Positions 1 through 10,492 of a stretch of DNA of 64,000 nt are shown piece after piece. Under the pieces are notes generated by a model. The model had not been told where the DNA came from. It saw nothing but the letters and a program-made list of their open reading frames with translations, and did not search any database. Origin of the DNA: Alphaproteobacteria bacterium (GTDB lineage: Bacteria; Pseudomonadota; Alphaproteobacteria; JAAXGF01); assembly GCA_963555825.3 (NCBI GenBank), contig CAUVXB020000001.1, forward strand, positions 1,376,001 through 1,440,000. Reading direction: 5' to 3'. Each line of letters opens with the position of its first letter. The first letter of the stretch is position 1. The position numbers and the translations under genes were made by a program.

Positions 1-239
1 CCTGTCGCCTTGCCGTCAATCAGACCATCCGGCCCCTTGGCGTTGAAACGGAGAACCCAGTCACGGACCACCTGGAGCCCGACAGTACCGATCCGCGCCG
101 CCTCCGTGCGACGGCCACCATCGTAAATCTCAGCCAGCGCAAGAAGCCGCCGGCTCTGTCCAGCATCCTTCGACGCCTTGGCTAACCGCCGAAGCGCCGG
201 ACCATCAAAATCTTCCCGTAACGCAACCGCTCTGCCCAT
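1..239 (-). CDS. IS630-family transposase, N-terminal HTH (partial)
   Basis: Manual translation MGRAVALREDFDGPALRRLAKASKDAGQSRRLLALAEIYDGGRRTEAARIGTVGLQVVRDWVLRFNAKGPDGLIDGK, typical of an IS630 N-terminus. Confidence 0.85.
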   Translation of the reverse strand, partial: MGRAVALREDFDGPALRRLAKASKDAGQSRRLLALAEIYDGGRRTEAARIGTVGLQVVRDWVLRFNAKGPDGLIDGKAT

Positions 240-331
240 AGCGAACCTCCGTATCAGTTCGCCTCATTGATTCAGACTTCTTGCCGTTTGGGAATCCCCT
301 AAATGAGTCTCCTTCAATGCTCGATGGTATA
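1..331 (-). mobile_element. IS630-family element, left part (runs off window edge)
   Basis: Minus-strand transposase N-terminus at 1-239. The terminus ...GCTCGATGGTATA (TA target) near 331 abuts the truncated hydrolase gene. Confidence 0.75.
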
Positions 332-622
332 AGCTTCTCCTGGCCGGCCAATCCGGGTGGGTTTATCCTTTCAGAATACAAAAAAGCTCAGGGGATCGCC
401 GAAGCTTCTAATATAGCTCTTGATAGAGTTTTCGGGAAAATGGGACGCTATTTTCGCTCTGTAGCATCTAAGGATTGCAATATTTCATTAAATTTCCTCG
501 CCCACAGCTTAGGAAGTTATTTATTCAAGAACTTTATTAGTTCTCCCGTATTTAGTGATGAAACTCGTATGTTTGACAACATCGTTCTGCAACAAGCCGA
601 TGTCGACAATCCGGGACATGAA

Positions 623-2072
623 GGAGATGTCCCGGTCGATGTTGAAAAGTTGAGGTAGGTGTCGCTCTCCTGGAGCCGTTAGGCTCCGGGTGCTGCAAAC
701 CCAAGAGGGAGAACGACACCATGGGAAAGAATATCCGTAGTTCCAGTAGCCCGAAAGCCCTTGCCACCTCGTTTCCTATGCCGCCGCTGGCAGACGCGAT
801 GGACGCAGTCCGTCTCAGCGTGGATCGGTTCTGTCTCCTGGCCGGGGTCGAGGCCTTGGCCGAGATGATGGAGGAGGACGCCACGACCGTGTGCGGGGCC
901 CGACATCGTCGCCATGGGAACCGTCGGGGTTATCGCTGGGGCCATACGCAGAGCGAGATCGGCTACCACGGCGGCCGCGTGAAAGTGCAGCGGCCACGGG
1001 TTCGCGACCATGCTGGCAAGGAGGTGGGTTTGGAGAGCTGGCAGGTGCTGCGCGACGGCAACCTGTTGCTCGAGTGGGCGCTCAACCTGATGGTCCTGAA
1101 CGTGTCGACCCGCAAGTACCACCGCGCGGTCCGTCTGCCCGAGGGCGACCTGGCGAAAGCGCGTGGCGACGGCACCTCGAAGTCGGCCGTTTCCCGGCGC
1201 TTTGTGGCGCTGTCGCGCAAGAAGATGAAGGCCTGGCTCGCCTCGGACCTCTCGGAGCTCGACCTGCTGGTCATCCAGATCGACGGTCTGCATGTCGGCG
1301 ACCATGTCTTGGTGGCGGCGATCGGCGTCGATGGCAACGGCGACAAGCATGTCCTGGCCGTGGTCGAGGGGGCGACGGAGAACACTGTCGTCGTCCAGGC
1401 CTTGCTCGACAATCTCCTCGCCAGGGGGCTCGATCCGACGCTGCCCCGGCTGTTCATCGTCGATGGCGCGAAGGCGCTCAGCAAAGCGATCCGCAACACC
1501 TTCGGTGTGGCCGCCGCCATCCAGCGCTGCCAGGTCCACAAGGGCCGTAACATCATCGAGCGCCTGCCCCTGCATTTGCATGCAAGCGTCAAGAAGGCGC
1601 TCCGTCAGGCCTGGGACCAGGACGACGCAGACAAGGCCGAACGGCTGCTGCGCAACCTGGCCCGGCGTCTGGAGCATGAGGAACCGGGCGTCTCGGGCAG
1701 CATCCTGGAGGGGCTGGACGAGATCCTCACCGTCATCCGCCTCGGCCTGCCGCACGAACTCCGGCGCTCGCTCGCCTGCACCAACATCGTCGAGAACGCG
1801 CTCGGCACGGTGCGCCAGGTCACCCGCAACGTCAAACGCTGGAGACACGCCGAGATGGCGCTCAGATGGACCGCCGCCGGCCTGCTGGAGGCCCAGAAAA
1901 CCTTCCGTCGCCTCAAGGCCTATCGTCAGCTGCCCATCCTCCGAAATGCTCTCCAGGAACACTTGAGAAAGGCTCAGGCCGACAGTGCCATTGAAACCAT
2001 CATGAAGGCAGCATAGCATCATCAACCAGCGACGCCTGCCCCACGAATTTCAACAGAGATAGGGACATCGCC
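623..2072 (+). mobile_element. IS256-family insertion sequence
   Basis: IRs GGAGATGTCCCGGTCGATGTTGAAA / GGCGATGTCCCTATCTCTGTTGAAA. 8-bp TSD GACATGAA at 615-622 and 2073-2080. Confidence 0.95.
721..2016 (+). CDS. IS256-family transposase
   Basis: 431 aa with IQIDG, FIVDGAKAL, QRCQVHK and TNIVE Mutator-type motifs. Confidence 0.95.
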   Translation: MGKNIRSSSSPKALATSFPMPPLADAMDAVRLSVDRFCLLAGVEALAEMMEEDATTVCGARHRRHGNRRGYRWGHTQSEIGYHGGRVKVQRPRVRDHAGKEVGLESWQVLRDGNLLLEWALNLMVLNVSTRKYHRAVRLPEGDLAKARGDGTSKSAVSRRFVALSRKKMKAWLASDLSELDLLVIQIDGLHVGDHVLVAAIGVDGNGDKHVLAVVEGATENTVVVQALLDNLLARGLDPTLPRLFIVDGAKALSKAIRNTFGVAAAIQRCQVHKGRNIIERLPLHLHASVKKALRQAWDQDDADKAERLLRNLARRLEHEEPGVSGSILEGLDEILTVIRLGLPHELRRSLACTNIVENALGTVRQVTRNVKRWRHAEMALRWTAAGLLEAQKTFRRLKAYRQLPILRNALQEHLRKAQADSAIETIMKAA

Positions 2073-2351
2073 GACATGAATGGTGGGTCGATAAACTGCG
2101 CTACGCCGCACGCACATACGTAACTATCAACGAGCGCGACGCGGTGTTGGCGGCATCCGACGTCATCAACAGCGACCGTCTCGGCAACACCACCCATAAT
2201 CTGATCGCAGATCGGCCGGTCTACGTCGATTTTACGGACGCCAAGGGCGTTCGAAAGAAGCACAGGCTGTTCGCGAACGCGCGTGACAATCCGCGTGTCG
2301 AAAACTTCTTCATGCATGCCTTTCACGGGGAACGGGCCGAGGCGGGCCTAA

Positions 2352-3282
2352 GAGCCCGGCCGGGAATGAATTGTTTGATTTCAAAGCCTTGCGATCCTTC
2401 GTGTGAGGAGTTGGATGCTTGCGATCATGAGCCAGGCCTCGGCGCTGGCGATGGTGGCCTCGAAGTCTTTGGCGAGACGGCGGTTGCGACCGAGCCAGGC
2501 AAAGGTGCGCTCCACCACCCAACGCCGGGGCAGGACCTTGAAGCCCGTCACGTCGTCGCTTCGCTTGACGATCTCCAGCGTCCACTGGCCGATCTTTTCC
2601 AGCGCCTTGCCGAGTTTCGGTCCGGCGTAGGCGCCATCGGCGAAGACGTGGCGCAGCCAGGGGAAGGCCCATCGGATCGAGGCGAGCAGCGGCGGCGCGC
2701 CGTCGCGGTCCTGGATATGGGCGGCGTGAACCATGCCGGCGACGAGCCGCCCGCCGGTGTCGGTGAGGATATGGCGCTTGCGCCCCTTAACCAACTTGCC
2801 GGCGTCGAACCCGCGCGGGCCGCCGCTTTCCGTGGTTTTCACCGACTGGCTGTCGATCACACCGGCGGACGGGCTGGCCTCTCGGCCCTCGGCCTCGCGC
2901 GCGCGCATGAGCAGCTCGTGGTTGATCCCGTTCAGCGTCGCCTCGGTGCGCCAAGCGTAGAAGTACTCCTGGACCGTGCTCTTCGGCGGAAAGTCCTTCG
3001 GCAACATCCGCCACTGGCAACCCGTGCGCGCCATGTACAGGATCGCGTTCACCACCTCGCGCAGGTCCGTCGTTCGCGGGCGTCCCAGCCGTTTGCATGG
3101 CGGCAGCAGCGGGCCGATCACGCCCCACTCCGCCTCGGTAAGATCGCTTGCATAGCGCAGCCCCTTGCGCTCATATTTGGGTCGAGTGGTCTCGGTCCAC
3201 ATCTTGTGCCTCCATCGCTGTTCAACCACAACGAAGGAAACACAAGTGACTGATTCCACTCAACTCTTATTCGGCCGGACTC
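2352..3282 (-). mobile_element. IS5-family (IS1031-like) insertion sequence
   Basis: IRs GAGCCCGGCCGGGAATGAATTG / GAGTCCGGCCGAATAAGAGTTG. 3-bp TSD TAA at 2349-2351 and 3283-3285. Confidence 0.92.
2381..3202 (-). CDS. IS5-family transposase
   Basis: YASDLT..EW, IDSQSVK, KGRKRH, FADGAY and RWVVERTFAW motifs. Confidence 0.95.
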   Translation of the reverse strand: MWTETTRPKYERKGLRYASDLTEAEWGVIGPLLPPCKRLGRPRTTDLREVVNAILYMARTGCQWRMLPKDFPPKSTVQEYFYAWRTEATLNGINHELLMRAREAEGREASPSAGVIDSQSVKTTESGGPRGFDAGKLVKGRKRHILTDTGGRLVAGMVHAAHIQDRDGAPPLLASIRWAFPWLRHVFADGAYAGPKLGKALEKIGQWTLEIVKRSDDVTGFKVLPRRWVVERTFAWLGRNRRLAKDFEATIASAEAWLMIASIQLLTRRIARL

Positions 3283-3357
3283 TAAGATACAACGAGCGAA
3301 AAAACGCCTTTGAGGTCGATTGACGTTTGCATGTAAGTAAGCCCCCAGTGGTGCAGC

Positions 3358-3762
3358 ATGGAAGAGCTCGCTGTCGGCGAATGTCGGACGATCTCCGTGT
3401 GCGCGAGGAAGATATGGAACCACTCCGGTCTGCTGCTGACGCCCGGCCAAGAATATGAGCTGGCGGTAGACCCGGAAAGCGTAGCCGATTGGCAAGACGG
3501 GAATCTCGCTCCGACCGACCCTGCCGGGAACATGCCGAGGCGGCACAGGTTGTGGCCTTGGCTGCGCCGCTATCGCCAAGCCAATTGGTACGCTCTCGTC
3601 GGCAGCGTCGGGCAATCCCCCGAAAGCTATTTTTCAATCGGTTGGGCGACCTCCCACATGCCCGAAACGACGGGGGAGTTTCTCTGCTTCGCCAATGACT
3701 TCCGGCTTACCTACTGGAACAACAAAGGATCGCTCGCGCTACGGGTCACCCGTCGGCGCTGA
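3358..3762 (+). CDS. hypothetical protein (beta-sandwich / lectin-like, FAND...Y.NN.G motif)
   Basis: 134-aa ORF directly after the hydrolase stop, with a WNHSGL...CFANDFRLTYWNNKGS pattern. Family assignment is tentative. Confidence 0.55.
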   Translation: MEELAVGECRTISVCARKIWNHSGLLLTPGQEYELAVDPESVADWQDGNLAPTDPAGNMPRRHRLWPWLRRYRQANWYALVGSVGQSPESYFSIGWATSHMPETTGEFLCFANDFRLTYWNNKGSLALRVTRRR

Positions 3763-3811
3763 GTCCCGGCGCGACGCCATCGTCGACCTGCTTCCCACCG
3801 TAGCGCTTTCA

Positions 3812-4009
3812 GCCGGCGGCCCCCTGGTCCTCGACATGCCCGGCGGCGGCGGCTTCGGCGCGCCGCGCGCCCGCGACCCGGCGCGCGTCGCGGCCGACGT
3901 CGCCGACGGCCTGGTCAGCCGCGAGGCGGCGCGCGAGGTGTATGGGGTGGTGGTTACGGAGGCTGGCGAGGTGGATGAGGCGGGGACGGAGGGGTTGCGG
4001 AGGAGTTGA
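3812..4009 (+). pseudogene. hydantoinase B/oxoprolinase C-terminal remnant
   Basis: MPGGGGFG.P..RDP.RVA.DV.DGLVS.EAAREVYGVV matches the HyuB C-terminus. The N-terminal part is absent. Confidence 0.75.
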
Positions 4010-4231
4010 TCGAGGAGTTAGGGCCGTGAGCAGGGAGCGAGAGTGCGAAGCCTATTCGGGCGTTACGTCGTTTAGGATTCAAACGTCCGTTTTAGGAACT
4101 CGATCGTCGCGGGATGTCTCAACTTACAGACGGTATTTCGATTCGTGAACACCCCTGGGAATGTTTGAGCTTCCGTGATTGGAAGGGTCTTGTGCCATTT
4201 AACACCAACGACGTAATCGGAAATCTCTGTA

Positions 4232-5873
4232 CCCGCATTTCCCAAGTATCGTCGATATTCAGTGCGGCGAGAAGGCGATTCTGCTATAAGAATCATGAAG
4301 TTGTAGCATACATGGAGCGGCGGATATGGCACACCCGATGGGTGAATCGAAACCGGGGTGCCTTCGGGTCGTTTTTGACCGTCGATTGAAGCTTGAATTC
4401 CACGGTTCCAAGATCACCTCTGATGCCGGGTTGCTCGCCTACCGGGAGCTTGACGATGCCCTCGGCCTGACTGAGATGGCCGAGGGTGTTTTCCAGGATA
4501 GCCGTACCGGCAAGAACGGATGGCACGGCATGACGGGTCAGTTTCGCCAGTCCGTTTTCGGGCGCCTTGGCGGCTATGACGATGTGAACGACGCCGACCG
4601 TCTGGGACGCGATCCCGCCATGCGCTGGATTGTTGGCGGCAAGGCCATCGAAAGACAGGCCGCTTCCACCAGCCAGATGGGACGCTTCGAGACGGAGCTA
4701 TTGGCCACCGACGAGAACGTTGAAGCCTTGGTCGACATGAACGGGGTGTGGATCGACAAGGTTCATGACCGCCATCCGCCGAAGATGATCATTCTCGACA
4801 TGGACAGCAGCGTCAGCCCGACCCATGGCGAACAAGAGGGAACAGCGTACAATGGTCACTTCGGCTGTACCTGCTAGCATCCGCTATTCCTGTTCAACCA
4901 GTTCGGCGACTTGGAGAGATGTTCCCTGCGCCCCGGTAATGTTCACAGTGCCGACGGATGGCGGAATGTTCTGGAGCCGGTGGTGATGCGCTATAAGGAA
5001 AGGAAGGTGCGGCTGTATTTTCGTGGCGATGCCGCCTTCGCCTCACCGGAGATATACGAATATCTCGAAGCCGAGGGATTACTCTACGTCATCCGCCTCA
5101 AAGCGAACGCGATTCTCCAGCGGAACATTGCCCATCTGCTTACGCGACCTGTCGGTCGCCCGCCCGACCATGTTCGCCGTTTCCACGCCAGCTTCAGCTA
5201 TCAGGCCGGATCGTGGAACAAGAAGCGCCGTGTCGTGGCCAAAGTGGAGTGGCACCCCGGCGAGCTGGTTCCTCGCGTCGGTTTCATCGTCACTAATCTG
5301 TCGCGCCCTACCAAGCGGGTGGTGGCGTTCTATAATCACCGTGGCACGGCGGAGCAGCACATCAAGGAAGGCAAGAACGCCATCAACTGGACCCGTCTGT
5401 CATGTCGCAAGTTCCGCAACAATGCCGTTCGGCTCCAGCTTCACGCCCTGGCCTACAATCTGGGCAACTTCATGAGGACACTGGCTTTGCCGAAGGAGGT
5501 GGAGCACTGGTCGATGACGACGTTGCGCGACAAGCTGGTGAAGATCGGGGCCAAGGTTGTCCGACATGGCCGCTACGTTACGTTCCAATTGGCTGAGGTG
5601 GCGGTGCCGAGGGACCTGTTCCGGAAAATCCTGAGCTTGATTGATGATCTGCGACGAAGACCCGCTCCGGCGTAGGCCGAGGGAATCGACGGCGAGGAGA
5701 AAGCGACAGGAGAGGTGTGTCTGGATGGCGAGAAAAATGACCGAGTGGCCTTCCAAGCGCGGGCCGATTACCAAAATCATGCCATCGGATGGCTGCATAG
5801 GGGATACAGTTCCCTTGGCGGTGGGAAAGTGCTACGATTTCCACGAATTTGGATGGTATATGGGCAATGTCGG
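4232..5873 (+). mobile_element. IS1380-family insertion sequence, copy 1
   Basis: Ends CCCGCATTTCCC / GGGCAATGTCGG. 5-bp TSD CTGTA at 4227-4231 and 5874-5878. Confidence 0.93.
4326..5675 (+). pseudogene. IS1380 transposase with internal amber codon (4875-4877)
   Basis: ITSDAG, LDMDSS, RGDAAF and YNHRGTAEQHIKEGK motifs. GHFGCTC*HPLF has TAG where Tyr is expected. Confidence 0.9.
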
Positions 5874-6787
5874 CTGTATTATCTGGATCGTGCAACACGA
5901 AAGATTGGCGAAGTTCCACTTCGGATAAATGCTTTCCGTCCGGAAGTACAAAATCTTTGGACATGACCGCCGTCGATGTCACCGTGCCGTAGCCAATATA
6001 GCCAGCACCCTTTTGATAGACATAAACCAGGTCATCCACCGAGAGTTGGTTTAACCGACCGGAATAAATCCGGCCATATCCCGCCGAAATAAAGCCATAG
6101 CGGCGCATATCCTCCCAATCTCGGACGTTCGGGTCGTCCCCCGCGTTAACATAGTAGAGGCCCGTCCAAGGGAGTTTCTTCCTACTTTCAGCCCGGTCCA
6201 CGACCTCCTGCTGGTCCATTAGCCAATCGGTGGCGAGAAACTGTTGGCCGTTCTCCTCGAATACATTGAAGAAGGCAGTGTTGATGCTGACGTCGTGCTT
6301 CTCCGCAAGGTATTCGACGATTCGCTTCGACGAGGCATCGAATTCACTCGCCACAATTACCATGGTGTGGCTGTTGTTCAGGTTCTCGGGAAGGGGTGTA
6401 TCGAAGCGTTCGCGGAATACCTCTTCCAATCGCCTCCCGAGTTTGTCGAATGCAATATCATGAATGCGCTTGGGTGTGAGACCAGCAATCCAACTCGCGT
6501 AATCGAGTACCTGTGCGACCACTTCGCGAGGCGTGCGATCACGTTTGAGTTCGACGATGGTGATACTGCCTTCACGGTCGATAGCGAGAATATCGATTCG
6601 CCCCTTGAAGTCCGTGACGACCTGCCGCCCAAGGATCAGCACGTCCAACCCGATGATGTTCGGATCTTTAGCGATCCAATTTTCTAGAGTTTCTTCGCTA
6701 GCGAGCGATTTCCGCTCAACCGGAACGAGTTCTCCGCTCAAGACCTTATAGAGTGTCGTCATCGTTTCATCTTACGCGTCCCACCCC

Positions 6788-7957
6788 CTACCCCGCCAGC
6801 ACCTCCTGCCCGCGCTTGAACAGGCCCTGCGCGATGATGATGCGCTGGATCTCCGACGTGCCCTCCCAGATGCGGTCGACGCGGACTTCGCGGAAGAAGC
6901 GGTTGGCGACGTTCTCCGACATGTAGCCGCGCCCGCCGAAGATCTGTACCGCGCGGTCGGCGACGCGGCCGGCCATCTCGGAGGCGTAGAGCTTGGCCAT
7001 CGAGCACTGGCCGTGGACCACCTTGACGTCGGCGCCGCGGTCCATCGCCTCGGCCGTCTGGTAGGTCATCAAGCGCGACGCCCAGAGCTCGGTCAAACTG
7101 TCGGCGAGCATGAACTGGATCGCCTGGTACTCGGCGATCGGCTTGCCGTAGACGATGCGCGCCTTGGCGAAGGCCGTCGCCTCGTCGATCAGCCGCGACG
7201 CGGCGCCGCAGCAGCGCGCGGCGATCATCAGGCGCTCGTAACGGAACCACTCGTGGGTCCACTTCATGGCGTCGATCTCGGGGTCGATCAGGTTTTCCGC
7301 AGGCACGAAGACGTCCTTGAAGTCGAAGATCGGGTGCACGCTGTGTGTGTGCATGTATTTGGGCACGCGAACTTGCGTCACGCCGTCGGTCGCCTTGTCG
7401 ACGAAGAAAAGCGCGTGTTCGCCCTGGTGCGGGCCGTCGGCGAACTTGGCCTGGAAGATGAAGAAGTCGCCCGAGGCGCCGCCCGTCGCGTGCCACTTCA
7501 GGCCGTTCAGCACGTAACCGTTGCCCTTGGCGGCCGCGGTGGCCTCGATGGCGTCGACGTCCGAACCGGCGCCCTCCTCGGTGATCGCGTAGGCGTAGCC
7601 GCGCGTGTTGTCGATCAGCGGCTTGACCCATGTCGCCATCTGATGGGCGGAGGCGACCTCGACGAGGAAGCGCGGCGGCGACGTGTAGCACCAGCCCTGG
7701 CCGTTGGTCGCGCGGCCGCCCTGCTCGTTGACCACGGCTTGTTCGAGGAAGCTCAGGCCGCCGCCGCCGAGCTCCTTGGGGAGCGTCATGGCCATCAGCC
7801 CGTTGGCCTTGGCGAATTCCTTGGCCTCGGCGCGGAACTCCTGGCCCTCTTGCGGGTTCTCCTCGGCCTCGAGCTCATGCGGGATGGCGACCTCGTCGAC
7901 GAATTTGCGGACCTTGGCTTGCAGCGCGCGGACGCTGTCGGGCAGCGGATAGGACAT
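6788..7957 (-). CDS. acyl-CoA dehydrogenase
   Basis: AITEEGAGSD, AVQIFGGRGY and RIWEGTSEIQR motifs. Start at MSYPLP is inferred. Confidence 0.93.
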   Translation of the reverse strand: MSYPLPDSVRALQAKVRKFVDEVAIPHELEAEENPQEGQEFRAEAKEFAKANGLMAMTLPKELGGGGLSFLEQAVVNEQGGRATNGQGWCYTSPPRFLVEVASAHQMATWVKPLIDNTRGYAYAITEEGAGSDVDAIEATAAAKGNGYVLNGLKWHATGGASGDFFIFQAKFADGPHQGEHALFFVDKATDGVTQVRVPKYMHTHSVHPIFDFKDVFVPAENLIDPEIDAMKWTHEWFRYERLMIAARCCGAASRLIDEATAFAKARIVYGKPIAEYQAIQFMLADSLTELWASRLMTYQTAEAMDRGADVKVVHGQCSMAKLYASEMAGRVADRAVQIFGGRGYMSENVANRFFREVRVDRIWEGTSEIQRIIIAQGLFKRGQEVLAG

Positions 7958-8069
7958 GGTGGTGGCTCCTGGATCGGGCGTTGGCTCCGTGGCGTCATAG
8001 CACCCGCGGGAGCGCCGTTCAATCGGCGGCATGGCGGGGCGGCCATGCTTTTATGGCGGGCCGCACGCC

Positions 8070-9701
8070 CTATTCGGAAGACCGGATCATCGTCGCCGCC
8101 TGTTCGAGCGCATCGAGGCGCGAGACGTGCAGATGGTCGTCGGGCAGCAGATCGAGCACGCCGAGTTTCTTCAAGGTCTTGTCGACGTCGGGGCGGATGC
8201 CGACCAGGAAGACCGGCTTGTCGTGGCCCTGCGCCTGCTTGATGGCGTCCTCGAGGCCGAGTGACGCGCTCGAGTCGAGAAACGGAACGTCCGCAAGGTC
8301 GAGCACCAGGACATCGTAGTCGTCGCTCGCGGCCAGGCGCCGCGCCATGCCCTTGGCGGCGCCGAAGCTGAACGGGCCGCTCAGGTGGTACAGCACGACG
8401 CGCCCGTCGCCGGCCTCGAGCGCGGCCTTTTCATCGTCGCTCAGATCCGGTTCATCGGAGCCGTGGGTGATCGTCGTGATGGATGCGAGTTGCAGGTCCG
8501 ACATGCGTTTGACGAACAGCAGGCTGGCCAACACGAGGCCGACGCCGACCGCCGTGATGAGATCGACCAGGACGGTCAGGAACAGGACGACCAGCATGAA
8601 GAATATGCCGGCCCCGGGCGCTTGGCGAACGCGTCTCAGATAGGGCCAGTCGATGATGTCGATGCCGACCTTGATCAGGATGCCGGCGAGCACCGCATGG
8701 GGAATATGCTGCGCCAGGCCGCCCAGGCCGAGTACGATGGCGAGCAGCACCAGCGCATGCAGCGCCCCGGAGATCGGCGTGCGTCCGCCGGACCTCACGT
8801 TGATCACCGTGCGCATCGTCGCGCCGGCGCCGGGGATGGCGCCGAACATGCCGGCGATGGTGTTGCCGATGCCCTGGCCGATCAGCTCGCGGTCGGAGTC
8901 GTGGTAGGTCTGGGTCACGTTGTCGGCGATCAACGAGGTCAACAGGCTGTCGATCGAGCCGAGCAGCGCCAGCACCAGCGCCGATTGGACCATGTCCGGC
9001 AGGGCTGCCACGCTGAAGCTCGGCAGTATCGGGCTCGGCAGGCCGGTCGGGATCGCGCCGAGAACCGGCGCGCCGGGCAACGCGACCAGCACCAGTACGG
9101 TGCCGAGCACCAGGGCGATCAGCGGCGCCGGTACGATCCGGTTGATCGCGTTGGGTGTCAGATAGACGACACCGAGCGCGAGCAGACCGACGATCGTGGC
9201 GTCCAGCCCGGGCGCGCGCAGCAGGGCCGGCAGGCCGGCCAATGCCGCCAGCGTTCCGCCGTGCGGTGTTGCGTGACCGATCAGGGGGCCGAGTTGCAGA
9301 ATGATGATGATGCAGCCGATGCCGCTCATGAAGCCGGAGATCACCGGAAACGGCACCAGGCTGACGTAGCGGCCGATCTTGAAGACGCCGAACAGGATCT
9401 GAAACACGCCGGCCAGCATGACCACGGTGAAGGCCATCGCCGGTTCGTGACCGTATTGGGTGATGACAGCGGTCATGACGACCGTCATCGGCCCGGTCGG
9501 GCCCGATACCTGCGACGGTGTGCCGCCGAACAGCGCCGCGAAGAAGCCGACGAAGATCGCGCCGTACAGGCCGGCGACCGGCCCGGCGCCGGACGCGACA
9601 CCGAACGCCAGGGCGAGTGGCAGGGCGACGACCGCCGCCGTGAGCCCGCCGTAAACGTCACCGCGAAGATTGTCGAAAGACAGCCCGTGGATCAGCTTCA
9701 T
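8070..9701 (-). CDS. SulP-family anion transporter with STAS domain (BicA-like)
   Basis: GDVYGGLTAAVVALPLALAFG and SQVSGPTGPM motifs, C-terminal STAS (VLDLADVPFLDSS). Confidence 0.92.
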   Translation of the reverse strand: MKLIHGLSFDNLRGDVYGGLTAAVVALPLALAFGVASGAGPVAGLYGAIFVGFFAALFGGTPSQVSGPTGPMTVVMTAVITQYGHEPAMAFTVVMLAGVFQILFGVFKIGRYVSLVPFPVISGFMSGIGCIIIILQLGPLIGHATPHGGTLAALAGLPALLRAPGLDATIVGLLALGVVYLTPNAINRIVPAPLIALVLGTVLVLVALPGAPVLGAIPTGLPSPILPSFSVAALPDMVQSALVLALLGSIDSLLTSLIADNVTQTYHDSDRELIGQGIGNTIAGMFGAIPGAGATMRTVINVRSGGRTPISGALHALVLLAIVLGLGGLAQHIPHAVLAGILIKVGIDIIDWPYLRRVRQAPGAGIFFMLVVLFLTVLVDLITAVGVGLVLASLLFVKRMSDLQLASITTITHGSDEPDLSDDEKAALEAGDGRVVLYHLSGPFSFGAAKGMARRLAASDDYDVLVLDLADVPFLDSSASLGLEDAIKQAQGHDKPVFLVGIRPDVDKTLKKLGVLDLLPDDHLHVSRLDALEQAATMIRSSE

Positions 9702-9814
9702 CTCGCCTCGCGTTGTTGGTTGTCTGGAAACTAATGGACAGAATCCAAACGAAGGCGTGTCAGCATTTCCTGCTCTTGGGAATCCCCTATGATTCCATGC
9801 GGTCAGAAATTTCT

Positions 9815-10492
9815 CTAGACACCGAGATCGGGCGTCAATTCGGCGGCGCGGCCGAGCGCCGCCAGGCCCTGGCGCGCCTCGATCGCGATGGCGATCAGCG
9901 ACACCAGCTGCCAGGGCGCCATGATCAAGCCCCCCAACACGGCGCCGACGCGCACGCCACCGTCGTCGGCGATGCCGGCGTGGGCGGCGCGCGGCACGTC
10001 GCGCCACAGCGGATCGGCGACCGCGCGCAGGATCGCGAACGGCACGCCGGCCTCGTCGGCGACCGACGCGACGGCGAAACTTTCCATGTCGACGGCCACC
10101 GCACCTGTCGCATCGCGTAGTTTGGTTTTCGCCTCGGTGCTTGCAACCAGGGTTTCGCTGCCGAGCACGGCGCCGCCGGTCGGTCGTGCCGCCTCGAGCG
10201 CTTGGAACAGGGCGACGCGCCAGGCGAGGTCGGTGTCGTACGCCTCCCGGCGGCGGTTGATCGCCATGTCCGCGACGATCAGGTCGCCCGGGTTGAGGCG
10301 CGGATCGAGACCGCCGGCGAGGCCGAAGCTGAGCAGCGCCTCGGCGCCATCGGCGATCAAACGCCGCGCCGCGGCGGCGGCGCGCGCGCTATCGGCGCCC
10401 GAACAGGCGACCAGCGGCGCCGTCCCCGCGACCTCGCGAGGCAGGCGTCGCGCCTCGGACGTCATGCCGGTGACGACGCCGAGTCGCGTCAC
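9815..10492 (-). CDS. hpnG: hopanoid-associated nucleoside phosphorylase
   Basis: LGVVTGM..EA, LLSFGLAGGL, AVDMES and LRAVAD motifs. GTG start overlaps the shc stop. Confidence 0.85.
   Translation of the reverse strand: MTRLGVVTGMTSEARRLPREVAGTAPLVACSGADSARAAAAARRLIADGAEALLSFGLAGGLDPRLNPGDLIVADMAINRRREAYDTDLAWRVALFQALEAARPTGGAVLGSETLVASTEAKTKLRDATGAVAVDMESFAVASVADEAGVPFAILRAVADPLWRDVPRAAHAGIADDGGVRVGAVLGGLIMAPWQLVSLIAIAIEARQGLAALGRAAELTPDLGV

Larger units (their letters stand above)
332..3323 (+). pseudogene. DUF900-like alpha/beta hydrolase broken by three IS (pieces 332-622, 2081-2351, 3286-3323)
   Basis: FSWP, AHSLG and QQADVD motifs. Removing IS256 and IS5 with their TSDs restores ...DNPGHE|WWVDKLRYAARTYVTINERD...EAGL|RYNERKNAFEVD*. 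Confidence 0.8.
4072..6762 (-). pseudogene. NucS-like PD-(D/E)XK endonuclease-domain gene interrupted by IS1380 (pieces 5874-6762 and 4072-4231)
   Basis: GRIDILAID..GSITIVELKR..REVVAQVLDY motif. Removing the IS and one TSD gives an in-frame 347-aa protein (...HDPDNT|EISDYVVGVKW...). Confidence 0.85.

Noticed and set aside
679-2025. 448-aa minus-strand ORF, and similar long antisense ORFs over shc, dxs, acyl-CoA dehydrogenase and the FAD oxidoreductase
   Set aside because: Shadow frames expected from high GC3 codon bias.
4875-4877. Amber codon as pyrrolysine recoding
   Set aside because: The position corresponds to Tyr, no pyl genes are in the window, and other genes use TAG as a normal stop.
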